A stretch of DNA of 64,000 nucleotides from Escherichia coli (GTDB lineage Bacteria > Pseudomonadota > Gammaproteobacteria > Enterobacterales > Enterobacteriaceae). Positions 29,630 to 39,054 of the stretch are shown here, in pieces. The stretch lies in assembly GCF_029227855.1 (NCBI RefSeq), contig NZ_CP074356.1; one strand, given 5' to 3'. A program made the translations under genes and the position numbers. The notes under the pieces are model-generated. The model did not search any database. It had not been told where the DNA came from and was given only the letters and a program-made list of their open reading frames with translations. Position 1 is the stretch's first letter; the number at the start of each line of letters is the position of its first letter.

Positions 29630-32056
29630 TTATATTTTTTCGATCTCGACCAGATTAGTGTGCTGCGGGTTTCCCTTCGCCAGTGGTGAAGGGCGCAGAG
29701 TGGTTAGCGTATTCACACAGCCGCCGTGGTCGATTTTATCGCCAGACATATTGGCCTCGTGCCAGGCTCCCTGGCCCATAGCGCTAACCCCAGGGAGAAT
29801 GCGTGGTGTTACTTTGGCTGGTAGCCGAACTTCGCCACGATGGTTAAACACCCGCACCATATCGCCGTTGGCAATCCCACGTTTCTGTGCATCTATAGGG
29901 TTGATCCACACCTCCTGACGGCAGGCTGCCTTCAGGACATCAATGTTGCCGTAGGTCGAGTGAGTACGGGATTTGTAATGGAAACCAAACAGTTGCAGTG
30001 GGAAGGTGCTACGTTCAGGGGAGTCCCAGCCTTCAAAGGTTGAGGCATAAACCGGCAGTGGGCTTATCACTTCATCTTTTTCCAGTTCCCAGGTACGGGC
30101 AATTTCCGCCAGCTTGCTGGAGTAAATTTCAATCTTACCGGAAGGCGTTTTAAGTGGATTTGCCTCGGGGTCGTCACGAAATGCTTTGTAGGCGACAAAA
30201 TGACCATTGGGATCTTTACGCTTATAGATACCCATTTTTTTCAGTTCGTCGTAAGACGGTAACGCCGGATCTTTGGCAAGCATTTTGGCGTACAGATGTT
30301 GTAACCATTGTTCCTGAGTGCGACCTTCAGTGAACTTTTGATAGACTTCAGGTCCAAGACGTTTCGCGACTTCACTCAGGATCCAGTAAATCGGTTTGCG
30401 TTCGAATTTTTCGCTGGTGACTGGCTGAAGGAAAATGAGATATCCCATGTTACCGGCGTAGTCGTTAGGAATAATATCTTCCTGCTCAACGGTCATCAGG
30501 TCTGGCAGCAGAATGTCGGCATATTTTGCCGATGAGGTCATAAAGTTTTCGATGACCACAATCATTTCGCATTTCGATTCGTCCTGCAGAATTTCATGCG
30601 TTTTGTTGATGTCAGAATGCTGATTAACCAGGGTATTTCCCGCGTAGTTCCAGATGAACTTAATGGGCACATCCAGTTTATCTTTGCCGCGGACGCCGTC
30701 GCGGATTGCCGTCATTTGCGGGCCATGATCGATAGCATCCGTCCAGCTGAAGCAGGAGATTGACGTTTTAACCGGATTATCCAGCACCGGCAGGCGTTCT
30801 ATGGTAATGGTATAGGTCGATTCACGCGCGCCACTATTTCCGCCGCTGATGCCGACATTGCCCGTCAAAATAGGCAACATCGCAATAGCGCGTGCAGTCA
30901 GTTCGCCGTTTGCCTGGCGTTGCGGCCCCCAGCCCTGGCAGATATAAGCGGGTTTTGCTGTGCCAATTTCACGCGCCAGTTTGATGATACGGTCCACCGG
31001 GATACCGGTAATTTGCGAAGCCCACTGCGGCGTTTTCGCTGTTTTATCGTCACCTTCACCAAGAATATAGGCTTTATAGTGACCATTTTTTGGTGCATCT
31101 GCGGGTAAGGTTTTTTCGTCATAGCCGACGCAGTATTTATCGAGAAAAGGTTGATCAACGAGATTTTCGTTAATCAATACCCAGGCAATACCCGCAACCA
31201 GCGCGGCATCGGTGCCCGGGCGAATAGGAAGCCATTCATCTTCACGACCGGCAGCCGTATCGGTATATCGCGGATCGATAACAATCATTTTTGCGTTCGA
31301 TTTCTCGCGCGCTTTTTCAAGAAGATAAGTGATGCCACCACCGCTCATGCGGGTTTCTGCCGGGTTGTTACCAAACATCACGACCAGCTTGCTGTTTTCA
31401 ATATCCGTGGTGCTGTTGCCATCATTACTGCCGTAGGTGTAGGGCATGGCACAGGAAATTTGCGCGGTGCTGTAGGAGCCATACTGGTTGAGTGAACCGC
31501 CGTAGCAGTTCATCAGGCGTTTGACCGCCGAGGCGGATGGCGAAGAGCGGGTCATATTGCCGCCAACGATCCCTGAAGAGTACTGAATATATACAGCCTC
31601 ATTGCCATATTGTTCGACGGTTTTTTTCAGGCTACTGGCCATAGTATCCAGGGCTTCATCCCAGCTAATCCGTTCGAATTTGCCTTCGCCGCGTTTGCCC
31701 ACGCGTTTCATTGGGTAATTCAAGCGATCGGGATGATTAATACGCCGACGGATGGAGCGACCGCGCAAACAGGCACGTACTTGATGATTGCCATACTCGT
31801 CGTTGCCGGTGTTGTCAGTTTCCACCCAGGTCACTTCATTATCTTTAACATGCAGACGAAGTGCACAGCGGCTACCACAGTTGACGGAACAGGCACCCCA
31901 GACCACTTTCTCGCTGGCCTGCTGTACCGCTGCCGCTGCACTGCGCAGGGTGAACGGTAAAGAAAAACCGCCTGCAGCCAGCGCCAGAGAACCTATCGCG
32001 GTAGATTTAACGAGTGTTCTGCGGCTGATGCCCACCATTTGTTCATTTTTGGACAT
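29630..32056 (-). CDS. ynfE: Tat-exported molybdopterin oxidoreductase catalytic subunit (putative selenate reductase), 808 aa
   Basis: ORF track 808 aa; twin-arginine signal SRRTLVKSTAIGSLALA; long stretches identical to YnfF. Confidence 0.95.
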   Translation of the reverse strand: MSKNEQMVGISRRTLVKSTAIGSLALAAGGFSLPFTLRSAAAAVQQASEKVVWGACSVNCGSRCALRLHVKDNEVTWVETDNTGNDEYGNHQVRACLRGRSIRRRINHPDRLNYPMKRVGKRGEGKFERISWDEALDTMASSLKKTVEQYGNEAVYIQYSSGIVGGNMTRSSPSASAVKRLMNCYGGSLNQYGSYSTAQISCAMPYTYGSNDGNSTTDIENSKLVVMFGNNPAETRMSGGGITYLLEKAREKSNAKMIVIDPRYTDTAAGREDEWLPIRPGTDAALVAGIAWVLINENLVDQPFLDKYCVGYDEKTLPADAPKNGHYKAYILGEGDDKTAKTPQWASQITGIPVDRIIKLAREIGTAKPAYICQGWGPQRQANGELTARAIAMLPILTGNVGISGGNSGARESTYTITIERLPVLDNPVKTSISCFSWTDAIDHGPQMTAIRDGVRGKDKLDVPIKFIWNYAGNTLVNQHSDINKTHEILQDESKCEMIVVIENFMTSSAKYADILLPDLMTVEQEDIIPNDYAGNMGYLIFLQPVTSEKFERKPIYWILSEVAKRLGPEVYQKFTEGRTQEQWLQHLYAKMLAKDPALPSYDELKKMGIYKRKDPNGHFVAYKAFRDDPEANPLKTPSGKIEIYSSKLAEIARTWELEKDEVISPLPVYASTFEGWDSPERSTFPLQLFGFHYKSRTHSTYGNIDVLKAACRQEVWINPIDAQKRGIANGDMVRVFNHRGEVRLPAKVTPRILPGVSAMGQGAWHEANMSGDKIDHGGCVNTLTTLRPSPLAKGNPQHTNLVEIEKI

Positions 32057-32155
32057 AACTCACTCCCTGTTCTTTATCGTTATATAAAAGTTTATATATT
32101 GAATATTTAGCGCGCTAACAATAGAGGGAGTCTACCTATTTTGGGTTAAGAATTA

Positions 32156-32169
32156 TTAATCCATATCAA
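32156..32169 (-). promoter_or_regulatory. candidate FNR-type site upstream of ynfE
   Basis: Minus strand reads TTGAT-ATGG-ATTAA (one mismatch to TTGAT-N4-ATCAA), ~105 bp upstream of the ynfE ATG; anaerobic oxidoreductase operon. Confidence 0.3.
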
Positions 32170-32254
32170 TAGAAGGGTATGAGTAATAAGGTGGGATTAT
32201 GTTGTATGTTCAAATCGCCGGATGTGTCGTATCCGGCGTGCAGTCGATAATGTG

Positions 32255-32560
32255 TTACTGCGGTTCGGCAGGCGCGCCATCCTGGGTAGACTGCGCGGGA
32301 GCAGAGACGTTACCGCTGGTGGTGCGGGTGTAGAGAATTTTATGCGTATCATTAGCGCAATGCCCGACGACCTGGGAATCAGGCTGATCAACCTGGTCAT
32401 TGGGTACAATACTTAACGTGAAGCTGCTTTCGGGAACGCCATTATTGATAATGCGCTGTGATATATCGCTCTGTATGCGCTCACAGGATCCCGGCGCGGC
32501 GAGTACCGCGGGTGAGGCGAGGGCGAGCAGAAGCGCGGCACAGCAGGTTGAGAGTTTCAT
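32255..32560 (-). CDS. ynfD: secreted DUF1161-family protein YnfD (101 aa)
   Basis: ORF 32255..32602 (-); start at ATG 32558-32560 (MKLSTCCAALLLALASPAVLA); signal peptide. Confidence 0.88.
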   Translation of the reverse strand: MKLSTCCAALLLALASPAVLAAPGSCERIQSDISQRIINNGVPESSFTLSIVPNDQVDQPDSQVVGHCANDTHKILYTRTTSGNVSAPAQSTQDGAPAEPQ

Positions 32561-32667
32561 CATAAGCTCCTTACGCGAAGATAACTTCTTTAAGCATAGC
32601 ATTTAACGTGTAAAGTACTGTATTTGCTACTATGATTGAGAATCATCTCTACTCTCTGGTGACTGTT

Positions 32668-33378
32668 GTGAAATACAAATTACTGCCATGCTTACTCGCG
32701 ATATTCCTCACAGGATGTGACCGAACAGAGGTAACACTTTCATTTACCCCTGAGATGGCCAGTTTCTCTAATGAATTCGATTTTGATCCGCTGCGTGGTC
32801 CGGTAAAAGATTTCACTCAGACATTAATGGATGAGCAAGGTGAAGTGACGAAACGTGTTTCGGGGACTTTGTCGGAAGAAGGCTGTTTTGATTCACTCGA
32901 ATTACTGGATCTGGAAAATAATACCGTGGTTGCCCTGGTACTGGACGCCAATTATTACCGTGATGCCCAGACACTGGAGAAAAGAGTTCGTTTGCAGGGA
33001 AAATGCCAGCTAGCAGAATTACCTTCTGCCGGGGTGAGTTGGGAAACCGATGATAATGGCTTTGTGATTAAAGCCAGCAGCAAACAGATGCAGATGGAAT
33101 ATCGCTATGATGATCAGGGGTATCCGCTGGGTAAAACCACGAAAAGTAACGACAAAACATTATCTGTTAGCGCCACGCCATCAACGGACCCGATCAAAAA
33201 ATTAGATTACACAGCGGTTACTTTACTGAATAATCAAAGAGTTGGTAATGTAAAACAGAGCTGTGAATATGACAGTCACGCCAATCCGGTGGACTGTCAG
33301 CTAATCATTGTTGATGAAGGAGTAAAACCCGCCATCGAACGGGTTTACACCATCAAAAATACTATCGATTATTATTAA
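32668..33378 (+). CDS. ynfC: UPF0257 lipoprotein YnfC (236 aa)
   Basis: ORF 32632..33378; preferred GTG start at 32668 (MKYKLLPCLLAIFLTGCDR), lipobox LTGC; ATG 32632 is an alternative. Confidence 0.85.
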   Translation: MKYKLLPCLLAIFLTGCDRTEVTLSFTPEMASFSNEFDFDPLRGPVKDFTQTLMDEQGEVTKRVSGTLSEEGCFDSLELLDLENNTVVALVLDANYYRDAQTLEKRVRLQGKCQLAELPSAGVSWETDDNGFVIKASSKQMQMEYRYDDQGYPLGKTTKSNDKTLSVSATPSTDPIKKLDYTAVTLLNNQRVGNVKQSCEYDSHANPVDCQLIIVDEGVKPAIERVYTIKNTIDYY

Positions 33379-33380
33379 TG

Positions 33381-33941
33381 CTATTGTGCGGTCGGCTTCA
33401 GGAGAGTCTGACCCGGTGTTTTGTGCTCTGCCAGATACTGATGCTGGAATATGCACATGCGAATGGCATTCCGATATTGACCATTAATAAAGAACTCATG
33501 CATCAATTCACCTTCAACCGTAAAGCCAAGCTTGCGGTAAATGTGAATCGCTTTTTCATTCTCTTTATCGACGATCAGATACAGCTTATAGAGATTGAGA
33601 ACGGTGAAGCCATAGTCCATTGCTAATTTTGCGGCACGCGTTGCCAGACCTTTCCCCTGATATTCCGGGGAGATAATTATCTGAAATTCTGCGCGGCGAT
33701 GAACATGGTTAATTTCCACCAGCTCCACCAGACCGGCTTTTTCGCCGTCACATTCCACCACAAAGCGCCGTTCGCTCTGATCGTGAATATGCTTATCGTA
33801 CAGATCAGAGAGTTCAACAAAGGCTTCGTAGGGTTCCTCAAACCAGTAACGCATCACACTGGCGTTATTGTCGAGTTGATGTACATAGCGTAAATCTTCA
33901 CGCTCCAGCGGGCGTAGCTTAACACTGTGGGCGCTTGGCAT
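33381..33941 (-). CDS. speG: spermidine N1-acetyltransferase, GNAT family (186 aa)
   Basis: ORF track 186 aa [39 protein letters not shown]... Confidence 0.95.
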   Translation of the reverse strand: MPSAHSVKLRPLEREDLRYVHQLDNNASVMRYWFEEPYEAFVELSDLYDKHIHDQSERRFVVECDGEKAGLVELVEINHVHRRAEFQIIISPEYQGKGLATRAAKLAMDYGFTVLNLYKLYLIVDKENEKAIHIYRKLGFTVEGELMHEFFINGQYRNAIRMCIFQHQYLAEHKTPGQTLLKPTAQ

Positions 33942-33975
33942 AACGTGTCCTTACATTCCTTAAATCAATAACAGG

Positions 33976-34317
33976 TTAGGGGGTAATAACGCGGCCAGTT
34001 CGACGATCCAGGCAGCGCAAAGTATTTGGCTCCCAGTAGGCATTGATGTTGGCGCTTTGCTCACATTTATCGCGGTTATCAAAAGCGGCGTCGGCTTTAT
34101 CCCACTCTTTTTCAGTGCGTTTATTCACTTTCTGGCGCAGATTGCGCGTGTCATTCCATTGCTCTTTTTCCATCGCGGCGTGCTGGCGGCTTTGTGCACT
34201 GTCGCCAGACTCAATCACCAGTTTGTTAGTTTCGGCATGAATAGTTGTGCTCAATGCCAGTGCGCAAGGCAGCAGAAAAGCGAGCAGGCCAATTCGTTTG
34301 CTGAGAGTAATTTTCAT
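33976..34317 (-). CDS. ynfB: UPF0482 secreted protein YnfB (113 aa)
   Basis: ORF track 113 aa with signal peptide. Confidence 0.9.
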   Translation of the reverse strand: MKITLSKRIGLLAFLLPCALALSTTIHAETNKLVIESGDSAQSRQHAAMEKEQWNDTRNLRQKVNKRTEKEWDKADAAFDNRDKCEQSANINAYWEPNTLRCLDRRTGRVITP

Positions 34318-34451
34318 AATTCATTCCCTGTATGAATGATTAAAGGTGATTCTACACCATCCACTGCGAACGCAAAACGTACCAGGAGGATGTTTATATT
34401 GATGATATTATGTCGCCCTATAACTATACATGATGTCAATAAGTGACAAAG

Positions 34452-34778
34452 ATGATTAAAACAACGTTACTATTTTTTGCTACTGCGCTGTGTGAAATTA
34501 TTGGATGCTTTCTGCCCTGGTTGTGGTTAAAACGAAACGCCAGTATCTGGCTGTTGCTTCCGGCGGGGATTTCTCTGGCACTGTTTGTCTGGTTGTTAAC
34601 GTTGCATCCTGCGGCGAGTGGGCGTGTTTACGCGGCTTATGGTGGCGTTTATGTCTGCACGGCGTTGATTTGGCTGCGCGTTGTGGATGGCGTGAAACTG
34701 AGTCTTTATGACTGGACGGGGGCGTTGATTGCGCTTTGCGGCATGTTGATCATTGTTGCGGGCTGGGGGCGCGCGTAA
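34452..34778 (+). CDS. ynfA: UPF0060 small membrane protein YnfA (108 aa)
   Basis: ORF 34443..34778; ATG at 34452 ([13 protein letters not shown]...). Confidence 0.9.
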
Positions 34779-34982
34779 GGACATAAATCCATTTTATCAA
34801 TAAGATACGAGGAAGTGTCAGCTGACAAAAGGTATTCTATTTCATCTTTTGTCAACCATTCACGACGCAAATATACGCCTTTTTTTGTGATCACTCCGGT
34901 TTTTTTGATCTTCATACTTGTATGGTAGTAGCTCAGTTGCGTAGATTTCATGCATCACGACAAGCGATGCAAGGAATCGAAC

Positions 34983-36197
34983 ATGAAGATCGTAAAGGCT
35001 GAAGTTTTTGTTACCTGTCCGGGGCGTAATTTCGTCACATTAAAAATCACTACTGAGGACGGTATTACGGGCCTTGGGGATGCCACCCTCAATGGACGTG
35101 AGCTTTCCGTGGCCTCTTATTTGCAGGATCACCTTTGTCCGCAGCTTATTGGTCGCGATGCGCACCGTATCGAAGATATCTGGCAGTTTTTCTATAAAGG
35201 TGCTTACTGGCGTCGCGGCCCGGTGACGATGTCGGCCATTTCAGCGGTTGATATGGCGCTGTGGGATATTAAAGCCAAAGCTGCCAACATGCCGCTTTAC
35301 CAGTTACTCGGCGGCGCGTCTCGTGAAGGGGTGATGGTTTATTGCCATACCACCGGTCACAGTATTGATGAAGCTCTGGATGATTATGCCCGTCATCAGG
35401 AGCTGGGATTCAAAGCCATCCGCGTGCAGTGCGGAATCCCTGGTATGAAAACCACATACGGCATGTCGAAAGGTAAAGGTCTGGCTTATGAACCCGCAAC
35501 CAAAGGACAGTGGCCGGAAGAGCAGCTGTGGTCGACGGAGAAATACCTCGATTTCATGCCGAAATTGTTTGACGCGGTACGTAACAAGTTTGGTTTTAAT
35601 GAACATTTGCTGCATGACATGCACCATCGCTTAACGCCTATTGAAGCGGCGCGCTTTGGTAAAAGCATTGAAGATTATCGCATGTTCTGGATGGAAGACC
35701 CGACGCCTGCGGAAAACCAGGAATGCTTCCGTCTCATTCGCCAACATACCGTCACACCCATCGCGGTGGGTGAAGTCTTCAACAGCATCTGGGACTGCAA
35801 GCAACTGATTGAAGAGCAACTTATCGATTATATCCGCACTACGCTGACCCACGCGGGTGGCATTACCGGTATGCGCCGGATTGCCGATTTTGCTTCGCTG
35901 TATCAGGTACGTACTGGCTCACACGGTCCTTCCGATTTGTCACCAGTCTGCATGGCTGCGGCGCTGCACTTTGATCTGTGGGTCCCCAATTTCGGTGTCC
36001 AGGAATACATGGGTTATTCCGAACAAATGCTCGAAGTCTTCCCGCACAACTGGACTTTCGATAACGGCTATATGCATCCGGGAGACAAACCGGGTCTTGG
36101 CATCGAATTCGATGAAAAGCTGGCGGCGAAATATCCCTATGAATCTGCTTATCTACCAGTCGCACGTCTGGAAGATGGCACGCTGTGGAACTGGTAA
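34983..36197 (+). CDS. rspA: starvation-sensing protein RspA, enolase-superfamily dehydratase (404 aa)
   Basis: ORF 34950..36197; ATG at 34983 ([17 protein letters not shown]...) preceded by AAGGAA. Confidence 0.94.
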   Translation: MKIVKAEVFVTCPGRNFVTLKITTEDGITGLGDATLNGRELSVASYLQDHLCPQLIGRDAHRIEDIWQFFYKGAYWRRGPVTMSAISAVDMALWDIKAKAANMPLYQLLGGASREGVMVYCHTTGHSIDEALDDYARHQELGFKAIRVQCGIPGMKTTYGMSKGKGLAYEPATKGQWPEEQLWSTEKYLDFMPKLFDAVRNKFGFNEHLLHDMHHRLTPIEAARFGKSIEDYRMFWMEDPTPAENQECFRLIRQHTVTPIAVGEVFNSIWDCKQLIEEQLIDYIRTTLTHAGGITGMRRIADFASLYQVRTGSHGPSDLSPVCMAAALHFDLWVPNFGVQEYMGYSEQMLEVFPHNWTFDNGYMHPGDKPGLGIEFDEKLAAKYPYESAYLPVARLEDGTLWNW

Positions 36198-36208
36198 GGA
36201 GTAAGATA

Positions 36209-37228
36209 ATGAAAAGCATTTTAATTGAAAAACCGAATCAACTGGCAATTATCGAACGCGAAATACCTACCCCGTCAGCGGGTGAAGTACGAGTAAAAGT
36301 GAAACTTGCCGGAATTTGTGGTTCAGATAGCCATATTTATCGTGGGCATAATCCTTTTGCGAAATATCCGCGCGTCATTGGACATGAATTTTTTGGCGTC
36401 ATTGATGCAGTGGGTGAAGGCGTGGAAAGCGCCAGAGTCGGTGAACGCGTTGCTGTCGATCCGGTGGTCAGCTGTGGGCATTGCTATCCGTGCTCTATAG
36501 GTAAGCCGAACGTTTGTACAACACTGGCTGTATTAGGTGTGCACGCTGACGGTGGTTTCAGTGAATATGCCGTGGTTCCGGCAAAAAATGCGTGGAAAAT
36601 TCCTGAAGCAGTGGCCGATCAATATGCGGTGATGATCGAACCTTTTACCATTGCGGCGAACGTAACCGGTCATGGTCAACCGACTGAAAATGATACCGTT
36701 CTGGTTTACGGTGCCGGTCCAATCGGCCTGACGATCGTTCAGGTATTAAAAGGCGTCTATAACGTTAAAAATGTGATTGTTGCCGATCGCATTGATGAAC
36801 GACTGGAAAAAGCGAAAGAGAGCGGGGCTGACTGGGCGATTAATAACAGCCAGACACCGCTTGGCGAGATTTTCGCTGAAAAAGGCATAAAGCCGACATT
36901 AATTATCGATGCGGCTTGTCATCCTTCTATCCTGAAAGAGGCCGTAATTCTGGCTTCTCCAGCGGCACGTATTGTATTGATGGGCTTCTCCAGTGAACCG
37001 TCTGAAGTGATTCAGCAAGGAATTACCGGAAAAGAACTCTCTATTTTCTCTTCACGCTTAAATGCAAATAAATTCCCGGTCGTTATCGACTGGTTAAGTA
37101 AAGGGTTAATTAAACCAGAAAAATTAATTACCCATACGTTTGATTTCCAGCATGTTGCTGATGCCATTAGTTTATTTGAACAGGATCAAAAACATTGCTG
37201 CAAAGTCTTACTCACTTTTTCTGAATAA
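36209..37228 (+). CDS. rspB: starvation-sensing protein RspB, Zn-dependent alcohol dehydrogenase family (339 aa)
   Basis: ORF 36185..37228; ATG at 36209 after AAGGAG; motifs CGSDSH, GHEFFG, GAGPIG. Confidence 0.94.
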   Translation: MKSILIEKPNQLAIIEREIPTPSAGEVRVKVKLAGICGSDSHIYRGHNPFAKYPRVIGHEFFGVIDAVGEGVESARVGERVAVDPVVSCGHCYPCSIGKPNVCTTLAVLGVHADGGFSEYAVVPAKNAWKIPEAVADQYAVMIEPFTIAANVTGHGQPTENDTVLVYGAGPIGLTIVQVLKGVYNVKNVIVADRIDERLEKAKESGADWAINNSQTPLGEIFAEKGIKPTLIIDAACHPSILKEAVILASPAARIVLMGFSSEPSEVIQQGITGKELSIFSSRLNANKFPVVIDWLSKGLIKPEKLITHTFDFQHVADAISLFEQDQKHCCKVLLTFSE

Positions 37229-37285
37229 TACCAATAACGGCGAATAAGTAGTACGCATCTTACCTCTTTTTTAGAGATAACCATT

Positions 37286-37414
37286 ATGACAATAGAAAAA
37301 CACGAAAGAAGCACTAAGGATTTGGTGAAAGCAGCAGTATCGGGATGGCTGGGCACTGCGCTTGAATTTATGGATTTCAAGAGTCATACGTGTCAACTAT
37401 TTGATAAATATTAA
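37286..37414 (+). pseudogene. ydfJ: 5' fragment of an MFS-transporter gene (ydfJ-like) truncated at the prophage junction
   Basis: Hand translation MTIEKHERSTKDLVKAAVSGWLGTALEFMDF then KSHTCQLFDKY-stop; the first ~31 residues look like the conserved N-terminus of a metabolite:H+ symporter; the reading frame ends 2 bp before the integrase stop. Confidence 0.5.
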
Positions 37415-37415
37415 A

Positions 37416-38696
37416 TTAATTTTTCATTGCTTCGTTATGGGGCATGGTTGGGGCAAACTCGCTTAACTGTGTATTTAACAAAGCTACCTGTGCATTATTG
37501 TTTTCAGACATCCATTTTCCGTATACCTGAAATACCATTTGCGCATCTGCATGGCCCATCTGGTTTGCTATAAATGCCGGGTTAGCACCAGCTGTCAGCG
37601 ACCAGCAGGCATAAGTATGTCTCGACTGATATGATTTTCGATGGCGGAGTCCGGCACGTTTTATCGCTGCGTCCCACATCTGCCTTATTGAGTCAACGGT
37701 AAAATGGTCACCATAATTTTTTACTCTCGCTGACACTTCAGGTTGAAAAACAAAGGTGCATTTTTGTTTTTCTGTTCTGCCATACTCTCTGAGGTGAACA
37801 TCAATGATATGCTCTTTGCTCAGTCTCGTTAATGTCATCTGACTCCGGAGAGCGTCGATTGCTGGCTTAATAAGATGAATGACCCGATTGGTTCCCGCCT
37901 GTGTTTTTGGTACCGTGAAACGGTCTTTTGCTAAATTTCTCCTGATCATCATTGTTCCATTTTTCAGATCTATGTCCTCCCATCCAAGTGCACACAGCTC
38001 ACCAGGGCGAACGCCAGTATAAACAGAAACACACCATAAATTTTTTGCTTGCTGATTTCTGCACGCATCGATAAGACGGATAAATTCCTCCCGCGAAAGA
38101 GGATCCGGAATGGTTCTTGATTCCTTTAATGGCGAGATCCCCTTAAACGGATTATCTGGCAGGTAACCGTTATCAACACCAAACTGGAACACGGCGTTAA
38201 GATTTGTCATGTAATTATTTACAGTTACAGCCGATCTCCCTGGTTGTGTAACAATATAGTTACTTTTGGGGATCTGGTATCCAGTCAGTAGCTCTTTACG
38301 AACCTCCAGTAATTTTTCTTTATTAATCGATGAGGCAAGATTTTTTTCACCGATTATGCTCAGGATATTTTTGATGACGGCACGGTATGTGTTGAGTGAT
38401 GTTTTGGCGACTTCAGTTTCTTTCAGTGCCAGAAATTTTTCAGCCAGTTCTTTTATGGTTAAATCTTGTCGGGCCTCACCAAATTTTTCCAGATTGCGTG
38501 AGGAGGGAAACTGTTTTGCATAGTCGAAAACACCAGTTTTTATTGCGTAACAAACAGAGGCGCGTAGTTCACCTGCAACGCGCCTGTTTTTTGCTGTGTC
38601 AGGAACCCCCAGATTTTCCCTGACTCTTACGCCTTTATAAACAAACCAGATACGTAATTTCCCTCCATGGTTTTCCACGCCTGTCGGATATTTCAT
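37416..38696 (-). CDS. intQ: phage tyrosine integrase (about 426 aa)
   Basis: ORF 37416..38711 (-); preferred start at second ATG 38696 (MKYPTGVENHGGKLRIWF...) preceded by GAGAGG; catalytic region ...HRKSYQSRHTYACW...HADAQMVFQVYGKWM. Confidence 0.88.
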   Translation of the reverse strand: MKYPTGVENHGGKLRIWFVYKGVRVRENLGVPDTAKNRRVAGELRASVCYAIKTGVFDYAKQFPSSRNLEKFGEARQDLTIKELAEKFLALKETEVAKTSLNTYRAVIKNILSIIGEKNLASSINKEKLLEVRKELLTGYQIPKSNYIVTQPGRSAVTVNNYMTNLNAVFQFGVDNGYLPDNPFKGISPLKESRTIPDPLSREEFIRLIDACRNQQAKNLWCVSVYTGVRPGELCALGWEDIDLKNGTMMIRRNLAKDRFTVPKTQAGTNRVIHLIKPAIDALRSQMTLTRLSKEHIIDVHLREYGRTEKQKCTFVFQPEVSARVKNYGDHFTVDSIRQMWDAAIKRAGLRHRKSYQSRHTYACWSLTAGANPAFIANQMGHADAQMVFQVYGKWMSENNNAQVALLNTQLSEFAPTMPHNEAMKN

Positions 38697-38730
38697 TTCA
38701 ACCTCTCTCATTAGTTAGTGTGGCTTTTAG

Positions 38731-38982
38731 TCAAGTAAGATGACGTCTTGGTCTCGCTGATGCCTGGCGCTCAATCCAGCGATCAATTTCTTCCAGGTTG
38801 TAAAAGCATGGACTGTTATCCCATGGCATACCGTCATGAGCGACATGCTTATATTCCCTTCCTTCCATAAACGATTTTTCCCGGGCCTTTTTTAACGTAC
38901 CTTTTTTTATTCCTTTCAGCGCAATTAACTGCTCTTCGGATACCCATTTGCCGGGAGAGACAATCATGATTACTTCGCTCAT
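38731..38982 (-). CDS. putative excisionase (83 aa)
   Basis: Small ORF immediately upstream of int in the same orientation; assignment is by position. Confidence 0.55.
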   Translation of the reverse strand: MSEVIMIVSPGKWVSEEQLIALKGIKKGTLKKAREKSFMEGREYKHVAHDGMPWDNSPCFYNLEEIDRWIERQASARPRRHLT

Positions 38983-39054
38983 CGATTTCTTTATCTCTTA
39001 CATCAGACGAGCGCCGGTTGCAGAATACCAGTCACAACCGGCGACAGTTGAACA

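Noticed and set aside
37186-37380. 64-aa minus-strand ORF spanning the rspB 3' end and the prophage junction
   Set aside because: Crosses the chromosome/prophage boundary and is antisense to the ydfJ-like fragment; chance ORF.
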